Source: an uncultured Candidatus Saccharibacteria bacterium (GTDB taxonomy: Bacteria > Patescibacteriota > Saccharimonadia > Saccharimonadales > JAGQNJ01). From it: a DNA stretch of 64,000 bases. Below the pieces are notes generated by a model, which saw only the letters and a program-made list of their open reading frames with translations, had not been told where the DNA came from and made no database searches. Below are positions 1-9,897 of this stretch, one piece after another; the stretch's first letter is position 1; the number at the start of each line of letters is the position of its first letter. Location of the stretch: contig CAZBGZ010000001.1 in NCBI GenBank assembly GCA_964491925.1, forward strand, positions 257,621-321,620, read 5' to 3'. The position numbers and the translations under genes were made by a program.

Positions 1-606
1 AAAGCGCTGACTGATGCGATATTGCCAGTTGTCGCAAAATTATCAGATAGTGTAGAAAAAGATCATTACCTGGATAAGCTGGCCGAACTACTAGGCATCG
101 AGAAAGACGCACTAATTCAAAAGCTGAAGGACAAAAAGACTGTCGGCTATGCCAAGCGCTTGAAAAAGGTTGATCCGCCAAAAACTACAAAAGCCGATGC
201 TGACACAATAAAAACCCAAAAAAACTTGCTGTCGCTTTGCTTCACCCATACAGAACTACGCAACAGCCTTAAACATCTAGAAAAAGACATGTTTTCTGAT
301 GAAAAAGCGGTGTTAGCATTCGTAAAACTAAAAAACTCTGACCAAGAGGGCAAGGAATTGTTTGAGGGGGACAATTATGGTAAAATATTGTCAGTATTAT
401 ATGAGGAACTGTACCAAAATCTCGACTATATAGAACTTCCGCACGAAGCGAATAGATTACAGATTGCGCTCATAAGAAATTACGCAGAAAAACAGAAGGC
501 AGAGCTGAGACTATTGATGCAAAATGCTAGTGAGGTTGAAAAAACAGAGCTACAAGCCAAGGATAAAGAATTGAACGAGTTACTAAAAAAAGCGAAGGAA
601 GAATAG
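1..606 (+). CDS. dnaG: DNA primase DnaG, C-terminal portion (5' partial; frame continues from position 1)
   Basis: Open frame from base 1 with a TAG stop at 604-606. It lies immediately upstream of rpoD, the classic dnaG-rpoD arrangement. Charged helical C-terminal domain. Assignment rests mainly on synteny. Confidence 0.45.
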   Translation, partial: KALTDAILPVVAKLSDSVEKDHYLDKLAELLGIEKDALIQKLKDKKTVGYAKRLKKVDPPKTTKADADTIKTQKNLLSLCFTHTELRNSLKHLEKDMFSDEKAVLAFVKLKNSDQEGKELFEGDNYGKILSVLYEELYQNLDYIELPHEANRLQIALIRNYAEKQKAELRLLMQNASEVEKTELQAKDKELNELLKKAKEE

Positions 607-612
607 ACACAT

Positions 613-1734
613 ATGGCAACTGACAAGAAGAAACTAACGGAAAAAGACATTGAAAGTATCAAGAAAAAGCTGGTGATTTCTGCCAAGAAAAAGGGCAAGA
701 TTGACCAACGTGATATTTTCAAAGCCATTCCAGATACCCCAGAAAACCTAGATATTCTGGAGGCTTTTTATAAAGAGCTAGAGGAAGAGGATGTCGTTGT
801 TATTGAGGCCACCGAACCTAAGGCGGATGATTTCACTGCCGAGTGGGTCCCTGAGGACGAGGAAGAAGAAGTTAAGCTCAGTGAACAAGTATATTTGGAT
901 GATGTGGCTGATGATTCTGTGCGTTTATACTTGCGGGAAATCGGAAAGATACCATTGCTAAAACCTGATGAGGAGCTAAAACTGGCCTACGAAGTTATTG
1001 CTGGCAAACGCCACGCAAAAGATAAGATGGCCGAGGCCAATATGCGTCTAGTGGTGTCTATTGCAAAGCGCTACGTTGGAAGAGGGCTAGATTTGCTTGA
1101 TCTTATTCAAGAAGGAAATACCGGCCTACTGCGTGCAGTAGAAAAGTTCGACCCGGACAAGGGATTCAAGTTTTCTACCTATGCAACGTGGTGGATTCGC
1201 CAGGCCATTACTAGGGCTATTGCTGACCAGGCACGAACAATCCGTATACCCGTCCACATGGTTGAAACAATAAATAAATTGCTCAGAACTCAACGACGAC
1301 TTACCCAGGAACTAAACCGCGAGCCAACAAATGAAGAAATTGCCAAAGAAATGGAAATTGACGTCGAAAAAGTAGAGCACATCATGAAGATTAAACAAGA
1401 TATTTCAAGCTTGGATGCATCAGTTCGTGAGGACGAAGAAGACAGTGTGCTAGGTGACTTTATCGAGGACGAAGACACGGTTACTCCAGAAGAATCTGCT
1501 ACTGGGTCGCTATTAAAAGAACACGTCAAAGACATGCTAGGTGCTCTGTCAGAGCGCGAGCAAAAAATCTTACGCCTACGGTTTGGCCTGGAAGATGGAC
1601 GCAGCCACACACTGGAAGAAGTAGGGCAAGAATTTAACGTTACACGCGAACGCATTAGACAAATCGAGGCTAAGGCATTAGCGAAACTGCGCAAACACAA
1701 AGATAGTAAAAAACTCCACGACTATATTAGTTAG
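613..1734 (+). CDS. rpoD: RNA polymerase primary sigma factor (sigma-70 family)
   Basis: Region 1.2/2 motifs [11 protein letters not shown] and [14 protein letters not shown], region 2.3/2.4 [17 protein letters not shown], and region 4 [23 protein letters not shown]. Acidic N-terminal spacer. Confidence 0.95.
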   Translation: MATDKKKLTEKDIESIKKKLVISAKKKGKIDQRDIFKAIPDTPENLDILEAFYKELEEEDVVVIEATEPKADDFTAEWVPEDEEEEVKLSEQVYLDDVADDSVRLYLREIGKIPLLKPDEELKLAYEVIAGKRHAKDKMAEANMRLVVSIAKRYVGRGLDLLDLIQEGNTGLLRAVEKFDPDKGFKFSTYATWWIRQAITRAIADQARTIRIPVHMVETINKLLRTQRRLTQELNREPTNEEIAKEMEIDVEKVEHIMKIKQDISSLDASVREDEEDSVLGDFIEDEDTVTPEESATGSLLKEHVKDMLGALSEREQKILRLRFGLEDGRSHTLEEVGQEFNVTRERIRQIEAKALAKLRKHKDSKKLHDYIS

Positions 1735-1748
1735 CGGCTTCGCATTAT

Positions 1749-1764
1749 GAGAGGAGCTCCTCTC
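1749..1764. other. Perfect 16-bp palindrome GAGAGGAGCTCCTCTC downstream of rpoD
   Basis: Read directly from the sequence. No T-run follows, so it is not a canonical intrinsic terminator. Possible protein-binding site or RNA hairpin. Confidence 0.5.
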
Positions 1765-1840
1765 GTCTCGCCGACAAAATGAAATACATTTTAGTCGGGC
1801 TGCTCTCCCCTAAATCCAAGAAAGGAAGTATCATAAGTCT

Positions 1841-2428
1841 ATGAAAATAATTGGTGTTTCTGGTACGAACGGAAGTGGCAAAGACACTATCGGGCATATG
1901 TTGAGTGAGCGCCACAATTGGCTATTCATATCAATGACAGATATGCTGCGTGACGAGTTAGAACAACGTGGATTGCCACCAGCGAGAGAACACATGAGAG
2001 AGCTTAGTGCGCAGTGGCGTAGGGAAAGTGGACTAGGCATACTAATAGATAAGTCTGTTGCTCTTTTCGAAAAACAATCAGGAAAATATGAAGGTCTAGT
2101 TGTTGCAAGCCTGAGGAACCCGGGCGAAGCAGACAGAATTCACGAACTGGGTGGTCAAGTTGTGTGGGTCGATGCTGACCCAATTGTCCGTTATAATCGC
2201 CTGCAAACCAACGCTGGCTCTAGGGGCCATAGGAGAGAAGTTGATGACAATAAAACATACGAACAATTTTTGAAAGAACAAGAAGCTGAGATGAAGCATT
2301 CTGGTGATGTAGCCACACTAAGCATAGGTGATGTAAAAAAACGAGCTGATATTTTTCTTGAAAATAATGGTAATGACATTGAAGTTTTCATGGATGAAGC
2401 AGAAAAAGCGCTCAACCGATTAACCTGA
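1841..2428 (+). CDS. P-loop nucleotide/nucleoside kinase-like protein (dephospho-CoA kinase / dNMP kinase-like)
   Basis: N-terminal Walker A GVSGTNGSGKDT. Size (195 aa) and overall pattern fit small NMP-kinase-fold proteins. Confidence 0.45.
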   Translation: MKIIGVSGTNGSGKDTIGHMLSERHNWLFISMTDMLRDELEQRGLPPAREHMRELSAQWRRESGLGILIDKSVALFEKQSGKYEGLVVASLRNPGEADRIHELGGQVVWVDADPIVRYNRLQTNAGSRGHRREVDDNKTYEQFLKEQEAEMKHSGDVATLSIGDVKKRADIFLENNGNDIEVFMDEAEKALNRLT

Positions 2429-2443
2429 AGTATAATTATTGCT

Positions 2444-3553
2444 ATGCCTACAAGAACATTGGAGAAACCCGACATAGAGTTTTTTGCCCAGGAAATGGAA
2501 CACAACAAAAATCTTTTAGACACGGCTATATCTAGCTATTCTCAGCAAATCAAGAAGAGCACTTTACAATCATACGGCGCTCAATCTAGGGTTGCGGCAG
2601 ATGCATTTTTACAAATTCTTGGTCGTGGGGGCAAAAGAATTCGTGGTTCTCTAGCGATTGTTGGTTATAAAATGTGTGGCGGTCAAGATCTAGATATGAT
2701 TGTCAGGGCTGGTATGGCGCTAGAAATGATCCATGCCTATATATTAATTATGGATGATATCCAGGACCGTAGCCTTGTTCGCCGTGGCGGGGCATCTGCA
2801 CATGCGGGACTGGCACAATATCACAAGACGCACCACCTAGCTGGCGACTCTGACCACTTTGGGGTATCTATCGCCATGAATGCCATGGGGATTGGGAACC
2901 ATGCAGCACAAGTTATTGTTGCTAATCTGGATGCTGCCGAAGATTTACGGCTGAAAGCTTTGAGCATACTCAATCAAACGGTAATTGTTACAGCTCACGG
3001 ACAAACAAACGACATTATGAACGAAGTTAGTGGGGATGTGTCGATGCGGGATGTTGATAATGTTTTGCAGTGGAAAACGGCACATTATACATTCTTAAAT
3101 CCATTAACATTTGGTATGGTTTTGGCTGGTGCGGATTGTAGCTCTACGGATGCGATACGAGATTATTGTTTGCAAGCAGGTAGAGCATTCCAAATAACTG
3201 ATGATATTTTGGGGACATTTGGTGACGAGTTCGAAAGTGGGAAAAGCCCGTTGGACGATATTCGAGAAGGGAAACGAACAGTTCTTACTACGTATGCACT
3301 AGAAAAAAGTGATAAAGCTGATCAAAATTTTTTGACACAGATGTTGGGCAATCACGATTTGACATCACTTGAATTGAATCGTTGCAAAGAGATTCTTATT
3401 GATTGTGGCGCTTTGCAATATGCTCAGGAACAGGCAAACCAATCTATCGAAATAGCCCGGAAATCTCTCAACAAAGAAAAATCTAGGTGGACAGCGGATG
3501 GGGTTAGTTTTTTAAACGGACTGGCTGAATTTTTACTAACCAGGCGAGCATAA
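2444..3553 (+). CDS. Polyprenyl diphosphate synthase (trans-isoprenyl diphosphate synthase, GGPP/FPP synthase family)
   Basis: First Asp-rich motif LIMDDIQDRSLVRRG and second Asp-rich motif FQITDDILG. Confidence 0.85.
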   Translation: MPTRTLEKPDIEFFAQEMEHNKNLLDTAISSYSQQIKKSTLQSYGAQSRVAADAFLQILGRGGKRIRGSLAIVGYKMCGGQDLDMIVRAGMALEMIHAYILIMDDIQDRSLVRRGGASAHAGLAQYHKTHHLAGDSDHFGVSIAMNAMGIGNHAAQVIVANLDAAEDLRLKALSILNQTVIVTAHGQTNDIMNEVSGDVSMRDVDNVLQWKTAHYTFLNPLTFGMVLAGADCSSTDAIRDYCLQAGRAFQITDDILGTFGDEFESGKSPLDDIREGKRTVLTTYALEKSDKADQNFLTQMLGNHDLTSLELNRCKEILIDCGALQYAQEQANQSIEIARKSLNKEKSRWTADGVSFLNGLAEFLLTRRA

Positions 3554-4402
3554 GTGAGACTAGAAACTCGAATTTTTAAAAACGGTAGTACGACTTATTA
3601 TTTTAGTAGTAAGTTTTTCCCCAGAAAGATGCGCGAAGATGTCGCAGCCCTGTATAGTTTTGTTCGCACCGCCGACGACTATGTAGATAACAAACCAGCG
3701 CAAACAGAAAAACTGCTAAAATTAGAACAATATTACCTAGAGTCGATAAAGGTTAAATCTTTTGATTTTAGAGTTAAAAAAAATGATAGCGTAGACCAAC
3801 GAGTAGTAAAAAATGTAATTCGAGTATCAAGAAAATACGATTTTAAAAATGTATGGGTAGAATCTTTTATTGCTTCAATGAAGCAAGACATTAGCCCCAA
3901 AACTTATGAGACGCTCAGTGATTCGCTGGATTATGTTTACGGGTCCGCAGATGTAATAGGACTAATGATGGCCAAGATTATGGGCTTGCCGAACGAAGCC
4001 TCGAAATATGCCCAAACGCAGGGCAGGGCCATGCAGTGGATTAATTTTGTGCGGGATATTAAAGAAGACAATAGCTTGGGGCGTTGTTATTTCCCCGTTA
4101 CTGACCTAACAAAGTTTGGCCTAGATAGCCTTGACGAGCTAGAAGCGCACAAAAACCCAGAACAATTTAAAAAATTTATACGATTCCAAATCAAGCGCTA
4201 CTATAACTGGCAAACAGTAGCAAATAACGGCTTTAGATATATCCCAAGAAGGCTACGGATTCCTTTGCAGACGGCGGTTGATATGTATGCTTGGACCGCC
4301 GAGCAGATAGAAAAAGATCCACTTATTATTTTTGACCACAAGATTAAACCTCGTAAGCGTGATATCTTGCGTCGTGGTGCATACTTACGACGGAATCAAT
4401 AA
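3554..4402 (+). CDS. Squalene/phytoene synthase family protein (head-to-head isoprenoid condensing enzyme, CrtB/CrtM/HpnD-like)
   Basis: ALYSFVRTADDYVDN Asp-rich motif typical of the phytoene/squalene synthase family. GTG start immediately after the TAA stop of the upstream polyprenyl synthase, so the two genes are translationally coupled. Confidence 0.7.
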   Translation: MRLETRIFKNGSTTYYFSSKFFPRKMREDVAALYSFVRTADDYVDNKPAQTEKLLKLEQYYLESIKVKSFDFRVKKNDSVDQRVVKNVIRVSRKYDFKNVWVESFIASMKQDISPKTYETLSDSLDYVYGSADVIGLMMAKIMGLPNEASKYAQTQGRAMQWINFVRDIKEDNSLGRCYFPVTDLTKFGLDSLDELEAHKNPEQFKKFIRFQIKRYYNWQTVANNGFRYIPRRLRIPLQTAVDMYAWTAEQIEKDPLIIFDHKIKPRKRDILRRGAYLRRNQ

Positions 4403-4440
4403 ACCATATCTTTGTAAAAGGGAGTCTAGAAAGCCAAGGT

Positions 4441-5010
4441 TTATTGTTGGCTGAGGTATTTTATTATTTCTGTTGAGTGTATAGGGTAGCCTATGATGCT
4501 GCGAATGACTTTTACCGTAGTGCGCACTTCTGTTCTGAATTCTGATGGTTCTTCTACTAAATCTTCAGCGAGAATAACATGAAATCCTTTGCCATTCGCG
4601 CCAAATGCTGTGCCTAAAACGCATCTAGACTCATAGCCACCAGTTAATATAACAGTTTTAATACCTTTAGATTTTAGAATATCGAACAACTTGGTATTAG
4701 CGAAAGCATCATAATAATATTTGGTTATTACAGTATCTTTTTCTGCTGGTCGTAACGTTGCATGGAAATCGAACGAGGACTGTTTTGAATGAGTAAGGTT
4801 GGGGTTAACCAGACCATCTAACTCCATTACAGTAGCAATATTTTCTGGTGACTCCTCAATATTTTCAATCATCTGGGTCCAGACAATTGGCAAACCGAGT
4901 TCTCGGCAGGTGTCAGTAAAAGTTTTCAGTTGGGGCAAGAATTGCTTTATTTTTTCTGTGTCCTTGTTAGAGCGTTCTAGGTAACCATGCTGCATATCTA
5001 TAACAAGCAC
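4441..5010 (-). CDS. Isochorismatase-family cysteine hydrolase
   Basis: MLVIDMQHGY N-terminus and VILTGGYESRCVLGTA catalytic-Cys region, typical of the isochorismatase/nicotinamidase fold. Confidence 0.75.
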   Translation of the reverse strand: MLVIDMQHGYLERSNKDTEKIKQFLPQLKTFTDTCRELGLPIVWTQMIENIEESPENIATVMELDGLVNPNLTHSKQSSFDFHATLRPAEKDTVITKYYYDAFANTKLFDILKSKGIKTVILTGGYESRCVLGTAFGANGKGFHVILAEDLVEEPSEFRTEVRTTVKVIRSIIGYPIHSTEIIKYLSQQ

Positions 5011-5062
5011 GGCTGTATGATTTGGGTTTAGGACATTTTGTAGGGTAGCGATAACTAGTTTC

Positions 5063-5791
5063 CTATGCTGTTAAAATCCACTGGATAACCATGGCTTTAA
5101 TTTTACGGTACTCTGCTTCTTCGAACTGCATATTAGCAATACAAAATCGTTTACTGCGCATGTGCGAGCAGAACATGCATTCGAACATATCGTAGCAATC
5201 CTGAATAAAGAAACTGTTTGAGATTTTCCCAGACCAAATGATATTGAATGAATTTGAACATTCCTGGCTGTCTTCTATGCGTAGAGAGTAGGTATTGCTG
5301 TGTGAGCGTTGGCTAGCAGCTACGAACTCACATTTTTTTACTCCATCACAAAACGCTACATTTTTTGAAAAGTGGACATCCTGAGAACGATAAACGTTTT
5401 CAGAATTATAAACCATGTCACTCTCAACAGCGTTTATTGCTTCTATTTGTCTTTCCGTCGCCATTAGGTTTGTCTGTTGCCAAGCAGCCAGTATATCTTC
5501 CATAGTGTTGATAGGACGTTTTGGAATGAGCCATTCTGATTTTGCGTCTTCTGCGAAAGCATTTTTCATGGTAATAAATTTTTGAGGAGCGAGTGACTGA
5601 GCCCAAGTGACTTCTCCAGTGGTCGAATCATTTGTTTGTTTTGGCAAGCGAACGTCAAAGGCAAACTTCTGAATAAACTGGTCAATTGTGTATGGGTTTT
5701 TGAACCCAAAAACAGTTCCCGTGATTTTGTCTAGTATTGGCAATAGCTCTTTTTCCATTATTATCCTCTCTTTAATCTTTCTTGTTCGCAT
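5063..5791 (-). CDS. Hypothetical protein with a Cys-rich C-terminal region; 3' partner of the AAA-like ATPase
   Basis: Its start overlaps the stop of the upstream ATPase gene, so it is an operon partner. Multiple Cys in the last 90 residues (CDGVKKCEF...CSNSF...CYDMFECMFCSH...FC). No recognisable family. Confidence 0.4.
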   Translation of the reverse strand: MRTRKIKERIIMEKELLPILDKITGTVFGFKNPYTIDQFIQKFAFDVRLPKQTNDSTTGEVTWAQSLAPQKFITMKNAFAEDAKSEWLIPKRPINTMEDILAAWQQTNLMATERQIEAINAVESDMVYNSENVYRSQDVHFSKNVAFCDGVKKCEFVAASQRSHSNTYSLRIEDSQECSNSFNIIWSGKISNSFFIQDCYDMFECMFCSHMRSKRFCIANMQFEEAEYRKIKAMVIQWILTA

Positions 5792-8048
5792 TAGCTGATT
5801 GTGATGCCAGCAGCTCGCTCAAGCTCATTGACGAGTACGAGTTGCCGTTTCCTGCGCCTGGCATTGGTGTATTCACCGAAGGTGACGAAATCATCGGCAT
5901 AGCAGCTGCTGGGGGCGAAACAACTGTTTGCCCAGAGTCGTTTTTGACTGCTTGGCGAATGGCTGGATCAATTTCTGGATTGTTTTCGGGGGCTAAATCA
6001 GGCGTTGCTTCAAAGTTGAAAGCCGGCTCTTTTTCAAAATCACTTGGTCCACCACCAGGACTGGGCGTCATTGGTATTTGTGGCCCAGGAGGTTGAAGGC
6101 CTAGATTGGGAGTATCAATTTTGGGTGCGTCGGACTGAGAAATTATTTTCGTGTTTGTACCTGTACCTGGGAAATCTTGAATACCTGCATCTGCAGCAAC
6201 AGCATCCGCTTCAACAAACTTCTTTGGTCTGGCATCTTTAACTTTTGGTGCTTTATATTCCTTTAAGTCACTCTCATTAATTTTTGGTTGGTGTGCTGAC
6301 ATCGTGCCAATATCCATGGTTCGACCCTTAAAACATGGCAAAACTTTTCCTTCTGAAGATAAACGACATAGACATTCACGAGGGTGAAGCTCGGTCATGT
6401 ATTTTATTTTTAGGGCCTCTTCTTTGACGCCTTTTGCTTTTTCGGCTGTTAAAATTTCTTTAGGTATTTCCATCTGTAAGTTACCAGCCAGGGCACGGGC
6501 ATCTTCTTCTGAGACCCGAAAAGCATAATAATTGTATACATTAGCGAATATTGCGTTTCGCAGGTCTTCTTCGACCTGGCCAAAGTATTGCTGTGTTAGC
6601 ATAACCGTCAGGTTGAACTTCCTGGCTTCTGACAATATTGATGCGAGGGCAGGGTTTTGGACAACCGATACCTCGTCGATTATCAGAATAACTCGCTCAT
6701 TAAAGGCTTTTGCCTGGGCTAGTAAGAATATTTGCTGCACAAGCAACCCGGCAACGGTTTTTACGACTTTTTCGCCCATACTGACTTTGTTCAAGGAGAA
6801 AACAGTTAAAAAGTTAGCCTGGATAAGCCTGGCTAGCGATTGTTCGCTCTCGTTTACTAGCGAAGGTTGCAACTGCATCTCATCAACCAGCGAGACAATT
6901 GGCAGGATGGCTTCGTTATAGTGTGTTGTGCGCATTTCATTAAAGTCAGTTCCAAAAAACTGTCGAATGTTGGGGGGTATGTGCTCGCCTGTATGAGAAA
7001 TTATTTGGTTTCTCAGGTCTAGTTCTGTCAAAAACCGCTTCAACATACCTAGTGACATTGCCTGACTAACGAACAATACGTATAGGCTAAACCGCAATAC
7101 TCGCTCTAGCCGTGCATTAAACTGGTCCGCTAGTAATGACTTCATCAGAGATACGGTCAACTCCGTTGCGGCAGATACATCTGTTTGTGTTTCGCCGCCG
7201 AACAATTCTGCTGCTTCATTAGCGAAGTTTACAATGTAGCTGTCCTCGACCTTTACCAGATCTTCGCGCAGACTGTCGTGAGGGTCGATAACTATTACTC
7301 GGTAGTTAGATTTTTGTGTAGTTTGTGCCAGACGATCGACATATAACTGAATAAACCTAGATTTACCACTGCCACTGGCACCGATTATGAAAGAGTGTTT
7401 ATCAAATTCGTAGTTGTTTAGCGGTAAATAGTAGTCTTTTTGCGAAAAAGGGAAACCGTTAATTGAAAACAACGCATTTGTATCCATAGGCTCAAACATC
7501 TGAACAGTTTTTTCTATGTTCAGGTATTTCGGTGGGGTTTTTCGTAGATATCCAGTGTTAACTTTGAAGTCTATTGCTAACAGGTGTGAAGGGAAGTTGA
7601 ATATCTTTTTGGTGGCAACTGTATATTTTCCACTAGCGCCCTTAAAGTATAGATTCAAAGAGGTTATCGCCGAGCTAGAGTTGACTGCACGAATATTGAA
7701 AACGGCGAACTGCATGTGTTTCCCGCGTTTGATTCCAGTTTTTTCCTTGAGATCTAAGATGTTTCCGCCAGTGATGAATTTGACGAAACCTTCGCGCGAG
7801 GCTTTCTCGGGTATTTTGAGCTCATCAGGGTTAAATGGACGCAACACACCAAAGTCAATGTTGTTAGATAGTTGTCCCAGGTCGCGCTTACTGGCCACAA
7901 AATATCGAATGACGTTTTCTTCGAAACCGATGATTATTTGATACTTTGGTAGTACACCGAGTTGTTCACAGATTATTGAGTGTAGCTGTCGCCAACGTTC
8001 TTGGGTTATTTCGTCAGTGGTTATGTATATTTCAAAAATATGTTCCAT
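5772..8048 (-). CDS. FtsK/HerA-superfamily AAA-like ATPase (DUF87/AAA_10-like; putative conjugation/T4SS or DNA-translocation ATPase) with Pro-rich disordered C-terminal tail
   Basis: Walker A FIIGASGSGKS near residue 224 and Walker B VILIIDEVS near residue 440. About 130 aa low-complexity Pro/Gly/Ser-rich C-terminus. No N-terminal TM segment. Confidence 0.45.
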   Translation of the reverse strand: MEHIFEIYITTDEITQERWRQLHSIICEQLGVLPKYQIIIGFEENVIRYFVASKRDLGQLSNNIDFGVLRPFNPDELKIPEKASREGFVKFITGGNILDLKEKTGIKRGKHMQFAVFNIRAVNSSSAITSLNLYFKGASGKYTVATKKIFNFPSHLLAIDFKVNTGYLRKTPPKYLNIEKTVQMFEPMDTNALFSINGFPFSQKDYYLPLNNYEFDKHSFIIGASGSGKSRFIQLYVDRLAQTTQKSNYRVIVIDPHDSLREDLVKVEDSYIVNFANEAAELFGGETQTDVSAATELTVSLMKSLLADQFNARLERVLRFSLYVLFVSQAMSLGMLKRFLTELDLRNQIISHTGEHIPPNIRQFFGTDFNEMRTTHYNEAILPIVSLVDEMQLQPSLVNESEQSLARLIQANFLTVFSLNKVSMGEKVVKTVAGLLVQQIFLLAQAKAFNERVILIIDEVSVVQNPALASILSEARKFNLTVMLTQQYFGQVEEDLRNAIFANVYNYYAFRVSEEDARALAGNLQMEIPKEILTAEKAKGVKEEALKIKYMTELHPRECLCRLSSEGKVLPCFKGRTMDIGTMSAHQPKINESDLKEYKAPKVKDARPKKFVEADAVAADAGIQDFPGTGTNTKIISQSDAPKIDTPNLGLQPPGPQIPMTPSPGGGPSDFEKEPAFNFEATPDLAPENNPEIDPAIRQAVKNDSGQTVVSPPAAAMPMISSPSVNTPMPGAGNGNSYSSMSLSELLASQSANANKKD

Positions 8049-8391
8049 AGAACAGCAATCCTTAAACTCTAGTTTAACACCGCTATTGTTTTTACGGTAG
8101 GTTATAGCCGCCCCTATACAAAATTATCATTTTTGACTATTCCAGATAATCCAAAAACTACTTTTTTGTTTGCAGCGTATCCCAAGATACACTTTAGCCA
8201 AAGAGAGATAGTTTTTAGCTTCATCATCCGTTACTCAAAATTTGATAATTTTGTATAAGGGTGGTTATAGCAGCTAGCCTCAATAAATTTTGTCAAAAAA
8301 TTTCTGTCAACCATATACAAAACGCTAATGCTTGCGTACGTGAAACAAAAATATACAATTAAACCAAATCAGCTAATTAAGCGAGGGAACT

Positions 8392-9897
8392 ATGGCCGTA
8401 GATGCAACAACCATAACATCAGCTCAGGAACAGGCGGCAATGCAAATAGCGGTACAAATATATGGCGCTGAGGCAAAACAAAATGCAGCGGGCTTAATTA
8501 ATGAGTTGGGTGTACCAGATGAAGTTGGACAAATCGTTCTGGATGCTTTAGGAGCACGTATTGACGCGATTGCCGGATTTGGCGAAAGGCAAAAGGTGGC
8601 GGAGCTGTTGGCTGGTGCCGCCGATGTTTTAGGTAGGGCGGTTTCATCCGGCGCTAATATACAAACAGTTAATCTTCCTGTCGATATGACAGTACCGACA
8701 GACGATTCGTCAGGGTATGCCCTTGACGACACTCCTCCATCAGTTGTCGACTCAGGCGACAGAGAACCGGACATCGCTGGCATTGATACCGACAAAACCC
8801 TATTATGTAACCGGAAACCTAGCAAAGAAGATCCAAAAGAGGGCATTGAACCAGCTCCTGGAATACCCCAGGGGGATCAGGTGTTGACTGAAGCCCCAGC
8901 CCCCCTGTTGCCCTACGGACTAGAGCCAGCAGACGTACCCGCTGTCGCAACGCTAGACCCATTATTAAATCTGCCTGAAGGACAAAAACGGGAGCGTGTA
9001 TGGAGGCAAAACGAATTTTTAGTACATATCTTTGGCCCAAGCTGGGAGGATGCAATAGCCGGATTGACGTTGCCTCAAAGAATAGCGATTGGGGATGCTT
9101 TAGGTCGTATATACGAGGGCTTTGAGATACCAAGGCTCAAAGCACCAGGGGCAAAAGAAGAACGGGCGGAACAGATGAGATTGTTCCTCAGAGGGCATAC
9201 TCTAGATGAGATTTCAGGCAATTACGAAGGCATTTCACCAGGCGCAATTAAACAAAGATTGACGCCAGGAATGCATCACAGCATAACCAGTCGTGTAGAA
9301 CCGGAGATACTCGAAGCAATTATCGTAGACGTTACATCTACTGGGGTAGCTGCCAACGGTGTTAGTGATTCAGAGAATCTTGGTGTTGATGATCCCCGGG
9401 CTGGGGCTACCGAGACAGAGAAAGGTGACCAGCTTGGAGAACTCACGGGGCTATTGGATGTGGACGCCGCTAATATGCTTGTTGACGACGCCATAGAATC
9501 TGCGGCAGAACATATGCACATGAGTATTGATGCCGAAATAAAGACATTTAAAGCTTTGTTTAGCTTGTTCACTACTAAGAGGATTCGTACTGCAGATTTT
9601 GACGAAACTCGCGATGACATTAGATTAGCTCTTGAACTCGTTCGTGAAGGGACTGGTCTGATAGCAAAACAGCAACTATCCGTGATTGAGGTCGCAACAA
9701 TTATTGGTGTCATCGGCGAGAGCAACGAGGATGCGCAGATTTGGCAAGCAGTAAGACATCATTTGTATAATGATATGCCGGTGTTTGCTGAGGAAGTTGA
9801 CAGACTTGGCGGGTTAGATGGGGGCGGCGCCGAAAAAGTACTTGCGAAAGCTTTAACAAAACTTGGTCTAGCAAGAAGCTCGCAGATGGGGGCGTAG
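8392..9897 (+). CDS. Hypothetical acidic Ala/Gly/Asp-rich protein
   Basis: 501 aa ORF with no recognisable motifs. Its composition differs from the surrounding genes. It ends in a TAG that is in frame with the downstream WhiB-like ORF. Confidence 0.4.
   Translation: MAVDATTITSAQEQAAMQIAVQIYGAEAKQNAAGLINELGVPDEVGQIVLDALGARIDAIAGFGERQKVAELLAGAADVLGRAVSSGANIQTVNLPVDMTVPTDDSSGYALDDTPPSVVDSGDREPDIAGIDTDKTLLCNRKPSKEDPKEGIEPAPGIPQGDQVLTEAPAPLLPYGLEPADVPAVATLDPLLNLPEGQKRERVWRQNEFLVHIFGPSWEDAIAGLTLPQRIAIGDALGRIYEGFEIPRLKAPGAKEERAEQMRLFLRGHTLDEISGNYEGISPGAIKQRLTPGMHHSITSRVEPEILEAIIVDVTSTGVAANGVSDSENLGVDDPRAGATETEKGDQLGELTGLLDVDAANMLVDDAIESAAEHMHMSIDAEIKTFKALFSLFTTKRIRTADFDETRDDIRLALELVREGTGLIAKQQLSVIEVATIIGVIGESNEDAQIWQAVRHHLYNDMPVFAEEVDRLGGLDGGGAEKVLAKALTKLGLARSSQMGA

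Noticed and set aside
147-1700. Antisense ORFs inside dnaG/rpoD (147..374, 480..728, 1290..1700 minus)
   Set aside because: They are embedded opposite well-supported conserved genes and have a low-complexity Ser/Cys/Phe-rich composition, typical of spurious reverse-strand frames.
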